Below, in pieces: positions 29,050-45,545 of a DNA stretch of 64,000 nucleotides. Position 1 is the first letter of the stretch, and the number at the start of each line of letters is the position of its first letter. The notes below the pieces were generated by a model that saw only the letters and a list, made by a program, of their open reading frames with translations, did no database searches and was not told the DNA's origin. The position numbers and the translations under genes were made by a program. The stretch is taken from NCBI RefSeq assembly GCF_009914755.1, contig NC_060925.1. One strand, 5' to 3'. This stretch comes from the human T2T-CHM13v2.0 reference genome, Homo sapiens.

Positions 29050-30883
29050 CATTCTGTAAAAGGGACTAAAGGGGAGGATTTACCCTAAGCTTGATTGAGT
29101 GTTCAGGAAAATACTTCTTTGAGAAGCTGAGCTCTGGGCTAGGTCCTGCATGATGAAAAGGTATCTGCAAAATGGGAGGATGAGCAGAAGACAAAGAATT
29201 TCAGGAAAAAGACAGAATAGTCTCAGTCCTGAGGCTGAGACAAGAACATGGCATGGTTGAGAAATGTAAAGAAATTAAGTGTGGAGGCTGACCATGACTG
29301 AGATGGCCAGAGTCCAGGGCACCTGGAGCCACATGAAGAGTTTTGAAGTTTATTCAACATGGAACAGAAGCCTTGTTGATTTGGGGGTTAACACAAGTAG
29401 TGAAGCAGTTTCCTCCAGGTTTCTTCTACCAAGGAATGCCAGAGAGCAGTGTCTTGCTTTGTGTGATTAGTGTTTTGATTCATTACTTTTATGGGTTGAT
29501 ATGTCTTGTGAGAATATGAGATGTGGATTCCAGAGCTTAAAATCTGCACGTTTAGTTTGAATGCTAATTACCACAAATATGTTTTTAATTGATAACTGTG
29601 TTTCGACATACTTCATTACGTTTGACCTTTAAGATCATTTTTAACTCATCCTCTTTAAAAAAGTTCTCTTTGAAGAAAATATAACACACATCAATGGCAT
29701 TTTAATTGTTTACCTTTGGAATATTTTTGTGTTGGACACAATTTATCCATCAAATAAAAAGTGAAAAAAGTCATATTTTGAGAAAATAACACAAAATAGG
29801 GCCAAGTGCCAAACATCCTAATATATTTGTTTTCTGCATGATTTATTATTACGCCTTTTTTGGTACCATTTACTAAGAATATGTATGACTTAATTTTTCA
29901 TAATAGCCAGCAATTTAAGGCAGCAAAGTATTTGCTTTCTTCCACTGATCTAGTACCACCTATCATTGTATCATACTGACCTTTAATCCAGCTCTTACAC
30001 ACAAAGTCAGTTATCTGTATACTTATCGTTTTAATGGGTTTTGATAGATTTCCCCATGCTCATTTAGTTATATAAATGATTTATTATTTATGTTGGTTTT
30101 ATGATAGTTTTTATGGGTTTTGTTTTGTTTTGGTGAAGCCATTTTGTAGTCTAACAAATATTTCTTAATTGGGTATGCATGAATTTTGGCTAAGTTGCTC
30201 CATATAAATAAATGTTTTGATTACTTCTACCATTGTCTACAGCTGTTATCATCTTTAACCTCCAAGTTTTCTTAATTTTCAAAAGGAATTTATTGAATTT
30301 AATCTGAGCCAGTAAGACGGGCTTTGATGTTAAGTAATAGAGATTAGTTGCCCCTCTCTGATGTCTACATTACTGAAAAGTTATTAACTACCAAACTCCT
30401 GTGACACAGTATCCTTCAAATTCCAAAACTTAGCTACAGTTTACCTTACTAAAATCTCTGCTACTGGTAATCAGCCTTTTAGCCAGTGCAGCATATATTC
30501 AGCTTTTGCCAGAAGATGGTTTGCTCCCAAGGGCTTTTGGCTCCAAAGACTAAGTGTTACTTGGTGGCTTTGGCAGGATTCAGAGGAGCCTGGCTGCTGG
30601 GAACTGACATGCTCAGAGCTTGCCAGCCCCAAACCATTGTGTACCTCACAGCTCTCAGTGCCAGGAGTTTGTGTGCCAAGAAAACAGAAACCTGTCTAGA
30701 AAATAAACTGTTTTCTCTTGCACATGTCCTCTAGGAAGACAAGAAGAGGTTGAACCTGTAAATTGTTTTGTGGTTAGAAATGTTTTAGGTTTTTACATGG
30801 GAAATATAATGCTATAACTTCATATGTAAAACAAAATGGCACATTATTTATGCTCCTCAAATCATTTTACCTCCAATTATTAA

Positions 30884-31197
<314 letters not shown>

Positions 31198-31480
31198 CAA
31201 AATGCTTATTAATCTTTTAAATGATCAATATAGTTGTTATTATGATGACAGTCATTTCAGCTCTTGCACTGAGGCAGTTCCTGTGTGTGAAAAGCTTCTA
31301 ATGTGAGTGTGTGCTGTGGATGTATGGAGATCATCCCAGTTGGGTGGTTGTACATGAATGAATGTGGGTTATGTGGGCAGGTAATGCTGGAGAAGTCAGT
31401 GGAAGGTGAATTAACCAGCTAACAAAACATTTGGATAATTGAATGTTCTTTAGAAACAAATCGTAAGCCATTAGGAAAGA

Positions 31481-31582
31481 CCTTCCTTCCTTCCTTCCTT
31501 CCTTCCTTCCTTCCTTCCTTCCTCCCACTTCCCTTTCACCTTCCCCTTCCCCTTCCCTTCCCTTCCCTTCCTTTTCTTTTCC
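31481..31582 (+). repeat. (TTCC)n/(TTCCC)n polypyrimidine tract
   Basis: ccttccttcc... followed by cccttcccttccc. Confidence 0.95.
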
Positions 31583-31945
31583 TATAGCACATAACATTGG
31601 AATTGACTCTACTCACTTTCATCCAACTATCCCTACCTCTTCTTCCTACTTACCCTAGATTTTTATTTCTATTTCTCTACCAGTTCATATTTTCCTCCAT
31701 CTAGTTTTCATCAGAGAAAATTTTCTGCTTCATCAAACACAAAACTGAGATATAAATGTGGGAGCATATGAAATTAGAGCTTGACCTACATTTAGTACAA
31801 TTAGTATTATTCTAAGGAAGTAGACAGTTGTGGAAAAATGAAACTTGGAACACAGAAAAGGTTAAATTCATGGCGCTTATGTAGCTTATTTTCATTAGGC
31901 CTGTTACCTAATTACTTATTAGAATTTCTTTCTATCTTTTAGACC

Positions 31946-32161
31946 TTAGTTTCTCAACCTTAGCACTATTGACATTTTGAGTAGGATAATGCTTCGTTGT
32001 GGGTAGGGGGCTGTGCTGTTCTTTGCAGGATCTTTAGCAGCTTCTTGGCTTCCATTCACTAGATGACGGTAGTATCCCCCAATTGTAACAATTGAAAAAT
32101 GTCTCCAGACATTGCCAAATGTTCCCTAGGGGACAAAATTGCTCCCTGGTGAGAGCTGCTT
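31946..32161 (-). mobile_element. MER20 (hAT-Charlie)
   Basis: ttctcaaccttagcactattgacatttt...aaaaatgtctccagacattgccaaatgttccctaggggacaaaattgc. Confidence 0.92.
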
Positions 32162-35100
32162 TTTTTTAGATCCAGGTGCTTAGACAAATGATGATATAAA
32201 TCAGTACATTAAGTAGAGAAATTTTTTTAAAAATCAGTTTCTAAAGACTAGATTTCTCAACAACTTATCACATTATTTCCAACAACATTCAAATTCAAAA
32301 GCTGATGCCCAATGCTAGCAAAGTATGAGTAGATAGAAAGTAAACATCTTCCTTTGCATTAGATAAGATGCCCAGCAATGGAAATCCCTGGATTTAAAGA
32401 CCTTGTTAAGATGTATTATGTCAGATGAAAAGTGCTATTTTAATAACTCATTGTTATTCTTAGCATGGATCTTTTATTTTAGAAAAATGGATAATTAGCA
32501 TTTTGGCTTATCACTTTCCCTTAATGAATACAAATAATTTGATAGACAGACAACCAAGAGAGACTTCATTAAATAATGGGATTAATCAGCCTGGGACTGG
32601 AGTAAATTAGAGGTTAGACTTCCAGCCTGAGAGATGGAATTCAGGGTTTGGTGGCAATGTCATCCAATTCATGAAGGATATTTTTCTTGATTGACCTAAT
32701 GTTGCAGTAAAAAATCAGAGCAAGGGTCAACTGGCCAAAAATAAAAGTCAAAACTCAGCTTGGGAAGTTATAGGCTACACTGCATTTAACTTGCAACTGG
32801 ATAATTGCAAGAACACATTCAAAGCGTCACTGCAAAGCCCTTGTTGTTTAGCCCTAGCTGCTTCAATTTCTAGATAATGGCCCATTATTAATGTGGAAGT
32901 ATTAGAAAGTTTTCCAGGGAAAAATATCAACCTGGAACCATTCCCCTTTGCATGCATTATACACTTCACTGCCATCTGGTTATCCATAATATCCCCAAAC
33001 CCCTACCAATTTTCCAAAAAGAACTACAAATAACGCTTTGTATTTTTAGAACAGTCTTCCTAACACCCAGAGAGGAAATCTATTGTGAAGTTAATTTTCT
33101 TTTTCAAATGTTTTAAAGTAAACTATTCTTTATTTCTAAGAAACAAAACCCAATGCTATGTTTAAGCAGTGATTTGGAACTGTCTTACTGTCACTCAGAG
33201 AAGACAGGTTAGTGGAATCTTTAAGGCCGTGGCTGTCTTTTGAAGCTTATAGTGTAGTCTTTAGAAAGTCTTCAGAAAAGATCATGATTCTTATGGAAGG
33301 TTATTTCTGTGGGGCAGTGGGAGAACTTAGATCTGAGAAATCATTCTCATCATGAGTTAGAGGAATGATTTTATTCACAATTCATACTCTTCATTCATTA
33401 TCCAACCTACATAGAAGCCTTAGTTCTGTGTATCCTTAAGCTGCATTTGACATTTTACCTCCTGATATTTTTCTAAGTAGCATTTTTCTACCAACAGACT
33501 CAGGTGAAAAAGAAATGAAGGTATCAAGTATATGATGTGTACACATTTAGCTTTATTACTAGCATCTTCTAAGAAAAATAGCAAAGAGCTAAAACGAAAA
33601 CAGAATGATTCTATAAGTCCTGAAGGGAATCCTTCTGTGATACAATACAAGCAATAGAAAGGCCTTATTTCTCCCTATAAAATGTGTGTAATTGTGCTTT
33701 TCCTTATTTAATCACATGATTTGTCTTTAATAAACCTCTACTGGCTCCCAAGAAGTGTGGATCCTGGTAATAAGAGAGTCTTTAGTGCACTGAAGGAGTG
33801 ATGGTTGTGAGGATACAAGAGTGGAGAAATGAGAAGAGATAAACTACTATACTTTACTAAGAATTGGAGAGAAACAAAGAGTCTAGGGTATGTGGTTTGG
33901 AAGAAATAAAGATTCAAGAGGGGAGGGTCTTCTTCCATATCCGTAGAGCATCTTAAACAAAGTTTATATTGTCCACTGATGCTCTGTGGGGTGGCTTTCC
34001 TTTTGTGGAGTATGAGTAGCAGTGTTGAATTTTACCTCAAGTTACTATGGGATAGATAGGGAGGCTGCTCTTGGATAAGTAATAAATGTGTTGCAGAAGT
34101 TAAGAAACAGATTCCAGAAGTAGAGAAATCTATGCAGAAGCATATAGCCAGAAAGTAGCAGAGTGGTAATTGAACACAAATCTGATGACAGAGCCAATGC
34201 TTCCTTTTATTCTAGCATGCTGCTAGAAACTGGTTCTTTTATAATAGTCTTAAAATACCTTAAGTCTTTGAGATGAGATGAAAGTGAAATATGATGAAAT
34301 GTTGAAGATTGTAATTGAAATTATACAATTACATATCTCTTTCATATTAAACTTTCAAAGTCCTGGTACTAATAGCTTGTATTTTAAATTATGTCTTCAT
34401 TGTTTAATCCATATTGAAAATTTGGCTTATGCAAAATTATATGCCTTTGACACCAAAAAGATATAGAAAAGATATGGCCACTATATGATAAATTTCTTAT
34501 CCTCTCTAATAAGAAATAAATATTTAGTCCCAGGTTTTGAGGTGTTATCTATACTTTTTCAAGCCTAAAACTTTACACTTGAAAATTAGTGATAAATAGT
34601 TATTATAGGTAATAGGTATGTATTGACAAGCACTTGTTTGTTTAGATATGATACTAAATGGTTATTTATTTATTTTTATGGTCAGGTTTCTCAATAATAT
34701 ATCCATTCATAATTCATTGGCTTATTAAATAGGCTCTATATTTCAGATATATGGCTACAGATAGGAGCCCTGGTGTGAGGCAGAGGGGGGCTGTGATAAT
34801 GACCTTTGTTTCAGCAGTGACTCAAGGACAAGATTCCAAGGCTCAGAATTTTGCTTTTATTTTCTCTGTATGAGTGTTTTTGTCTGTCAGTAAACCTGTT
34901 TCGTGAAATGAAACAAAAAAAGGTTTGTTTACATTTTGGATTGCCTTTGCATTAGCATTTTAATGGCAATTGGTCTGGTTTGACTTAAAGTCCTCTTTTT
35001 TCATCTTTAAAGTGTGAGGTTGCTACAATATTAAGTGCTTAAGATATGCCACTACTGCTCTATCAAAATTATCCATGCAGGTCATAAATTCGAGTTCCAA

Positions 35101-35280
35101 AAAATGTAAGGGAGGTCATCCTTTTGGGCCTCCTTCATGAGGCCCCAGCATACCAGACCTAACCAGAATGGAGTCTTCTCATGCTAAGTGCCATGTAATC
35201 AAACTGAACTTAGAAACTAGCCAGTTTCGAAAACAGGAGTTTCACAGCACCAAATCCAAAGGTGCCCTGTCAACCTGAGC

Positions 35281-36437
<1,157 letters not shown>

Positions 36438-37325
36438 AAATGACCAATCCACTTCTTATTCCTTGTTTCTTCTTTCTACAGCCCTTTTTTCCCCCTATAA
36501 AAGCCTACCTCTGTCTGCTTAGCTCATTGGAGCACCTTTCTATTTAGTAGATGGGATGTTGCTCAGTTTATGAATCGCTAATAAAAGCCAATTAGGTCTT
36601 TGAAACTAAATTTGTTGAAATTTGCTTTTTTGATGCCACTATTGCTCTTTATCAAAATGATCCCATAGATAGTCTATAGTCTTTTCTTAGTGTTTTCTCC
36701 CAAATCTGTTGGGAAGATACTAAGAAAGTTCCGTAAGTCTGAAATCTGGTCCTAAAACTGTGTCCAGTAGGTACCATTGTATTCAATATAGCATTTTGGT
36801 TTAATCTTGATCTTCTAAAGTCTGAATATGTTCTTTAGTTTGTCTAGTTTCTGCAGTCTTGTGTACTAAAAGGGTAGTAATTTTCAGTTAGCTAATTACT
36901 ATGCTTTACACAGTTATAGGGACGAAGCATTTTAGAATGGCACTTCATTAAAGCAGTAAAAATACTGTGGGCTCAGTAATCTCATTTACTGGGTCAATAG
37001 CCCATAATATCTAGAAGAAGATTTAAAGTAGTTTAAAAATAATTATTCAAACGAGAAAGGGATTTCAAACTATAATTACCATAGCAGTAAAGGAATGAAT
37101 GACTCCAAAGGAAATATAAATATTATATTTAAATCTTAATATCTGATTGCTGTAACTCAAAGGGTTTAGCTCTTCCAATACTAAAGATCACAAGATCTTA
37201 GACCTGAAATAAACTTCAGCAAGCAGCCAGTCTTGGTGTAGAAATTAAATTTTTTCCTGAAAAACCACTTGTAGTTAAATATCCAGACTGACAGGCTTTT
37301 TGCAGCTCATTCTTCTATAAGATGC

Positions 37326-37631
37326 TTTTTTTTTTTTTTTTTTCTGAGATGGAGTTTCACACTTGTTGCCCAGGCTGGAGTGCAATGGCGATCTCAGCCC
37401 ACTGCAACCTCCGCCTCCTTGGTTCAAGTTGTTCTCCTGCCTCAGCCTCCCAAGTAACTGGGATTACAGGCACGCACCACCAGGCCCAGCTAATTGTTGC
37501 ATTTTTTTTTTAGCAGAGATGGGGTTTCACCATTTTGGCCAGGCTGATCTCAAATTCCTAACCTCAGGTGATCTGCCCACCTCAGCCTCCCAAAGTGCTG
37601 GGATTACAGGCGTGAGCCACCATGCCCGGCC
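37326..37631 (-). mobile_element. AluSq/Sp-like
   Basis: T-tail gagatggagtttcacacttgttgcccaggctggagtgcaatgg...catgcccggcc. Confidence 0.95.
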
Positions 37632-38061
37632 AAGGTGTTCATTTTTCTTAGAGCATTTGCATATCTCTTACTCAGTTTTTTCCCATGTATTTGCATTTTC
37701 GTTGCTATTGCATGTTAGATTTCTTCTACTGTGGTCTGTTTTTTGTATTGTTTTGTTTTGTTTTGTTTTTGCTGATGTACTGTTGGCGATTTTCTGTATC
37801 CATGTTGTAGCTGGTTACCATTTTTAATTCTCCTATTAGTTCTAATAGTTTTTCTCTGGTTGCTGTGTTTGCAAGGAGAACTACTGTGTCATCTGTAAAT
37901 AATGATTTTTTTTCTTCTCTATTTCAGTATTAATACTTCCCTTCACCCTGCCTCTGGGTTTCTGTGATTACATGGGGTAGAGCTTCCAGAACAGTGTAAA
38001 ATAAATATTAGTGGACATTCTTATTTTGGTTCCAGTCCTAGTAAGAATATGTCTAGTTAAG

Positions 38062-38335
38062 AGCTTCTAGATTATGTTCCAAACTATTATTCCATGAGAT
38101 GTTAATTGATTTCCTACAAAAAAAAAGAGAGTCTTCTAAATAATTTCCTTGAACTCTGAATTAACCAAAATGAGACAAATCTCTTTAGTGAATGGGCTTT
38201 TATAACCTTTACTATTTAATATGCATTGACAATCTCCTAGAGATGGAGAAAGTATGTGACTTTTCCCAATATATTTGTCATAGAACACTGTTTTTGAAGA
38301 ACATTTACTAACATCTTATAAAACGATACATCAGT
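38062..38335. mobile_element. hAT-Charlie MITE (Charlie4/MER103-like)
   Basis: ttccatgagatgttaat...atatgcattgacaatctcctagaga...ttttcccaatatatttg...aacatct. Confidence 0.55.
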
Positions 38336-40359
38336 GGTATCGTTCTGGTATTGTTCTGGTAGGGTACTGTTAATTGTGATGTTTGGGGTTTTTGGTTTCA
38401 AAATGATGTTCTTTACCGTGTTAAGAAAATATCCTACTTTTAGCTTACTTAGAGTGTTATATAAATCAAATCTTTTACTATATGCTTTACTCTATCTGGC
38501 TTTTACTGAATATAATGTTTTTTATATTTACTGATGTTGTTTATTTGTTTTCAATGCTGGATAGTAGCCCTTACACAAGTATCATAAAAATTTGTGTGGT
38601 TTGCAATTTGAGGGAGTTTAAACAATGCTGCTCTAAATGTTTGTGTACATGAAAATTGGTACACAAAAAGAATACATTTTTATAGGACATATAGCAGGAA
38701 GTAGAATTTCTGGGTCATAGAGCATATATACATTCAGGTATACAGTAGAATGCTACAGTTTTCAAAAGTGTTAATGAAAAGTTTACACTCCCGTTTGTTG
38801 CCTGAGACTTCCAGTTGCAGTGCATTTTTTTTAAACACTTTAACTTTTAATTAACAAAATAACTCTTAATTTCAGGTAACCTGGTATATATGCAGTAACA
38901 TCTCGTTTTTAAAATTGGCATTTTCTGGATTATGAATGATAAGGACCTTTTCTTGTGTGTATTTGCCATTGGATTTCCTCTTTAATCAATAATTGCATCT
39001 TATGCCAATTTTTTATTGTTTTGGCTGATTTTATTATCTATATATAGGAATTTGTTATGTATGTTGTATATTAACCCTTCCTATGATTGTGTTCTCCCTC
39101 TCCATAGCCTGCCTTTCACTTTTAATGTCTTTTGAGGGATAGTATAATTCATTTTATCAGTCTTTTCTTCTACTGTGAGTGCTCTTCTATTTTGTTTAAT
39201 AAAAATGTTTCCTACCTGATGGTATGAAAATTTTCTCCTGCACTTTCATCTTAAAGCATTACTCTATTGTATTTCTGATACAGGTTTTCAATTCACCTAG
39301 AACTGAAATTTGTGTATAAGTAAGGGTCTAGATTCACCTTTTTCCATGAGGTTATTCAGTGTTTTTAAAAATGTCTCATTTCCTCTGCCCAGTACTCTGT
39401 TTGGCACTTTCATCACAAACACTTGGGGTCTTTATTATGTTGCATGGGTCAATGTGTCTGCCCTTGTGTCCACACCATCTTGTTCCTCTTCATCAAGGGC
39501 ATTAGCTTTCTTGGTCCTTTGCATCTCTATGAAAATGTTAGGATCAGTTTGTAGAGTTCCATGGAAGAAATCTTGTGGTATTTGGGGATTTTGATTGAGA
39601 TTATCTTGAACCTATAGATTCATTTGAGGATAATTTACCTCTTTACACCATTGAATTTTCTATTCCATGTATATGTTATGTCTCTCCAAATATGTAGATC
39701 CTTTTTAATATTTCTCAATAAAATGGTGTTATTTTCTCCACAGAGGTCTTGCACATCATTTATTAGACTTATTCCTAGGTATTTAATATTTTGAGGCAGT
39801 AATGAATGGCATCTTTTCTTAAATTTTTAGCTATATTGAAATACAACATATTTGGATTCTGATTTGTATCTAGCAATCCTAACTCTAATAAAAACTATAA
39901 CAAATTATATATGAATTTTTAATACCATGATATAATCTGTAGATAATTATATTTTTGTTTCTTCTTCAATCTTCAAACTTTTTTTATTTTTTCATGACCT
40001 CAGTATAATATTAAATAGCAGCGGGGATAGTGGAAATTATTGTTTTATTCCTCATTTTGAAGGGATAGCTTCCAAAAATTTAACATTAAGTATTAAGTAC
40101 AATGTCTGCTATAGAATTTTTGTTTAGTAAAAACATTTTATCAGACTAAGGAAGTCCCTTGTTGTTTTCCTTAAATAACAGTTTTAAATTATTAGTCAAC
40201 ATTGAATTTCCTCAAATCCTTTTGCTGCATCTGTTGAGACAATCAAATGATTTTACTTTTGAGATGATCATTTGATTTTACTGTTAATATTGCAAATTAC
40301 ATTAATTTATTTTTCTCCCCAACTTTTTTTGTTGTGAAGAATTGCAAAGAGTTGTAAGT

Positions 40360-40495
40360 TTCTGAACACCATTTTTACTTGAAATATAACAGCCAACAGA
40401 CAAACTATGAATATTTAGATTTTGGCATTTGGAAGACATTTTCTCAAAAATGAATGAAGTGGGCCTGTCTCTTCAGGAAAATAACAATGATTTTT
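40360..40495 (+). mobile_element. Charlie1 (hAT) internal fragment
   Basis: acagacaaactatg...tggaagacattttctcaaaaatgaatgaagtgggcctgtctcttcaggaaaa. Confidence 0.7.
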
Positions 40496-40563
40496 TAGAA
40501 TATAAGTGAGATTGGGGACCAAAAGTTTGAAAACTTCTGTCCTCTTAGAAAGTGTAATGTTAC

Positions 40564-40930
<367 letters not shown>

Positions 40931-42699
40931 TTATAATTTTCATTATAAAATTTCCTCTTTGTTTTTGTATGATGAAGCTTTACTATAATGTTTACATGTG
41001 GATTTATTTTACTTGAGAGTAATTGAGCCTTTTGAATCACTGAATTCTCATAAATTCTGAAAAATTTTCACTGACTTGCCTTTATCCATTTTATCTCTTC
41101 TCTCCCTCTGAGATTTCAAATAAATGTATACTAGTCCTTCTCATTGTATTCTGAGTCTCTTATCTTATTTTTTTAAATCTCATGTTTCATTCTGAGTACT
41201 TGCTTCTATCTTCTCTTTCATTAATTCTTTCTTTAGCTTTATCTAATTTGCTGTTAAATTCATTTCTTGAGTTCTTTATTTCATGTATTATATTTATCAA
41301 TTATCGAATTTCTAAGTAACTATTTTACATATCTGCTCCATCACTTTTTATAGTTTTCATTTCCCTGCAAAATTTTTCACTAGACTCCAATCTCATTGAA
41401 CATCGTAAACATTGTTTTAGTCTATATCCTGTAATTCCGTATGTGGAGATTTTATGTGAGTATTTTTGTTGGTTTTCTTTAATGGTGGTTTGTTTCTTTT
41501 TATATCTGAAGTTTTTAATTGTGTATGGGGCATTGTGCTTAAAACTTTATTTGTAACAGTGATTTGAGACCTAGGATGATATTATCTTCCTCCAGAGGAG
41601 ATTTTTCTTTGGTTGTTCTAGGTGTCTAAAGTCAATAGAAGTTCAGGAACACACAATAAAATTTTCAAAACTGAGGTTATCAGACACAACAAATTGACAT
41701 AAAATAGGTTGACAGATTTTATAAGACTGGTTTATTTTCAGTTCAGACTTAATCTTACAATAACTCTAGGAATCCTAGTTCAAAGTGAATGTTTGTTTAC
41801 CCTTGGGCTCTGGATTCTGATTTCTATTCTTCTAGGCCCAACATGCTTCCAGAAACAGAGCTCACCTATTCCTTCCAGAATTACTAATGCCCCTGGGGCA
41901 AAAGCAGATTTTAGTGTTAGTGAGCTCTAGTCTTCTCTAGGCTGGTAATTTCCTACCATCTTGTTAAGTCTTCGATGGTTTAGAGATGAATTTATATTTT
42001 TTTTTGCAGCTAAGTTATTTTCCATAGAAGGGCAGTCTGATATTTGAAAGTTAACATTGTTGAAGTCAAAGTTCTCATGATGGTACTTTTTAACAATAAT
42101 GAAGTTGAATATCTTCTGTACTTTGGGTTTTCATTTTGAAACTAGAAGGCGTACTTATAGTACAGCTTTCCTGGAGCCTATCCCATTTGCAATCACAGAC
42201 CTTTAACTCAAAGTTTATGCAAGCCACATTCTTCTCCTTATTCCTAAAATAAGCCTAGTCTTAGAATGTACAATGTAAATATATCTCTCCTTGCCTCCAA
42301 GGAATGTACATAACCCCACTAAGACAGTCATGCTTCCCTATCTTTTCCATTTACTAATTTTGCCACCATTTCCTTCCACTTTCAGTGTGGAATCCAGTTG
42401 CTAGTGCCCATGACTATTTCTCAACTTCCAACTTTCAGCTTTCAGTACACTACGCACCATGATCTCCTGACTAGCTGCTTTCTTCATTCTTGCCTCTGTG
42501 TTCCAGAATATTATTTAGGCAGAATACATACCTTACAGTAGCTTCATCACATATCTATAGTTTGTAAATTCTAGCTGAAACATCATTTGCAATCATTTTT
42601 ATTCTCAACTCTCTTACTCAAAATATTCTTTTTCAAAAGTTCATCCTATTTTAAAGTCTGTTAACTGTAACTCGAAGTACCCTATCTCTCATCAATTAA

Positions 42700-43020
42700 C
42701 ACTTGCTTCCTTTTAGAAATATAAGAGAACCTAGAGTGAATCTAGTTGAAGTCCTTTCTTATAAAGTAACCTGTTTCTTCTCTCATTCTTGATTCATTGT
42801 TCCTGTTTCCAAGAAAGATGTATTTCTGCCTTTCCAAAGGGTACCAATCTAACTATACTCTTAAATTATTGAGTCTTATCTTCCATGTATTCTCACTCCA
42901 TCAGTGGTCCTTCTCTTGTATCGTCAATCATTCCATCTTTACCAACCTCCTCCTCTCAAACTATAAGCCCTTAAAGTATCCTTCAGCCCAGAAAGCAAAA
43001 CAAAATGAAAAAAAAAATCT
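42700..43020 (+). mobile_element. L2 internal fragment
   Basis: ttctcttgtatcgtcaatcattccatctttacc...; highly diverged. Confidence 0.45.
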
Positions 43021-43450
43021 GTATTGAGTGAATGGCAATGACTGTTCCATTTACCACTAGCTTTATATGCTGGCAGGAATCCCACATGAAAATTAAGAAA
43101 ATTTATTAGGTAGTATGATTTTCCTTACCTCCAAAGAAAATTCTAGCCAGAGAATTGATAAAACCTCTAATGCTATATAATTAAAAATAACTCTGTAGGA
43201 AATAGAAGTTCTCATGCTTGGCACTACATGCAGACCTCCAGTATACTCTCCATTTGCTCTTCAAAATGTCTGACTTCTAGGGCTGACTTCATGTGTAAGT
43301 GCTTCTTGTCAATCTGTTAGTATTTGAAGGATAACTAGAAGGATTTCCTACCCCAGCATCTTCCCTAAGGATTCAAATTTATTGTTTTGTTTTCATCCCT
43401 TTGATCAAACATTATGGTCTCCTCTCTTATTGTTTTTAATTCTTCTAGGA

Positions 43451-43625
43451 GAATGTTTCTCAAACCTAGGCATCTATTGGAATCACATGTGGGACTTAAA
43501 CAAAATTATGTGCAGGTGCCATCCTCAGAAATTGTCTGTCTTATTTGGTCAGGGGTGGACTCCCGCCATTGCCATTTTTAAAAGTTCTCCTGGTCATTGT
43601 AATGTATAGCCAGTTGAAAACTATA
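43451..43625. mobile_element. MER5 (MER5A/B) MITE
   Basis: tttctcaaacctagg...attggaatcac...tttttaaaagttctcctggtcattgtaatgtatagcc. Confidence 0.75.
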
Positions 43626-45545
43626 TTCCTAGTTGAGTGACATGCAAGTACACTAATACCATATAGCAAGAATCAGTTTTCTTACCTTCTTTTTGTGACA
43701 TTCCTGTGTGGCATTTTAGCAGCACGTCCTGAGATCATCCTCCTGAAAGGAGAAAAAAATAATCAAGAGGTAAGTTGGCCATAAAATTATCCAAGTTTTA
43801 CTGTGACCTAATAGTAATAATAGGATATGAATTATTACCATAATTCACATCCATATGAGAAAACTCTTTCTTGGTTTGAGAAAACGTGTTTTTTGCCTCC
43901 CAGTCTGGAGAAAACATGTTGCGTTCCTCTGGCACATGTACATGTTTATGCAGATCCATTCCCTAGAGGAACTTCCAAATAAACGGAGCATATTATATAT
44001 GGCAACCGAGAAACATAGCTTTATGTTGCCTGTTGTAGAATTATTTCATGACATTAACATTTTTATGCACCCCCATATTAAGTTTTATGCTTAGATTTAA
44101 TGTCACCAGGTAGGAACCAAGGTAAATGCCACATCCCAAATCCACATAGAGTCAGAGCTAAACCATCAGTTATCAAATCTGTCTTTTTATGTGCTGTGAG
44201 ATTTATATACATTGCTTTAGAAAGCTGCATTCACTGGAAGATGCTGGTTTGTGGAGGGGCAAGGAAGTACATTTACAGGTTAGCTTGGCTGAACTGTGTT
44301 GATTTCTCTGCAGAACAGTCTTCACAATTCTTTGCTCACAGTTAAAGGTCTGCTGAAAGTGACTCAGTGTAGATGAAAACAGCTTGCTTAATCATTCCTG
44401 AAACACGGGAAAAATTAAAATACATTTTTTTATCAAGCAATAAAAACAATGCCAGATTGTTAATGCCTCTTTTGTACCTTTCACTTAAAAGACCTCAAAA
44501 AGAACATCAAGGAGAATAAAGGCAAAATCTATTCCCCAATGCCGTCATTATACATGTTGAAGCCTCTAAAACTAGAACTCTAAAGACATTCAGGAAGAGC
44601 AGGGGAATAAATGACAGCAAACTGAAGAGTGCGTCTCTGGAGCTTTGTTCAACCTGCTTTGTTCAAATTCATTCAAATTGGATAATGAAAAGCAAAGATC
44701 TTTTTTGTTTCAACATTAAAGTAGTAAATTAGTGAGTGGTGAGTTGCTAATTGTTCTGTAAAGTATTTAAGGTGCCAGGAGTGTCCCATCTCCAATTTTT
44801 AAAATGGCATCCTTATGGTTGAAATGAAAGGAACCATTAGAGTAGTGTAAAACAATGTTTTTAATAATTTATGCTGGTTCAATTGAAATGATTTTCATTT
44901 AGAAATACTCATTGAAGTTCTTGTTTTTACTTGAGATAAGCAAGTTTTATTTTAGACTTCAAGATATCAAACAGAAATTCATTTTCCGGATGGGGCTAAA
45001 GTAGAAAGATAGATTAGAGCTATCCAATGTTGTGTTTCAAATCTGGCTGTTTCTACTTGCTTTGAAGGTATAGAATTAGCAGGTTTGGTTAAATTTTACT
45101 TGAATTTTGGGTGACCTTTTCTAATCCTGACTGTTTCATAATTTAGTGTCTTGACCTTCGTTTTCCATAGAGCCACCTTAGTGATAAATGCAGAGATTTA
45201 ATAACTAGAACTAGTTGACAGGTGACCTTTCGTACATGGCTGTTCCTTTTTGCTGTGGAAACCACTGTTTTGCAAGTTTTATTATTTCACAAATTTTAAT
45301 TATTTATTCTATTGTCTATAAGCTTATTCAGAGAGAAAAAAGTAAAGGTTAAATATTACATTATTCTTACTGATTAAAATGTAAAGTGCTTGGCACTTGT
45401 CCCAATATATCACTCAGAAAGGATAGGGCAATTTGTCAGGTTCATACCCAAAGAAGAGAAAGGGATGGTTTTCCCAGGGTGGTTGGTAAGGATGAAACTG
45501 GCCTAGGAGAGTGAGCAATCACATCAGCTAAGTGAAGGTAACAGA

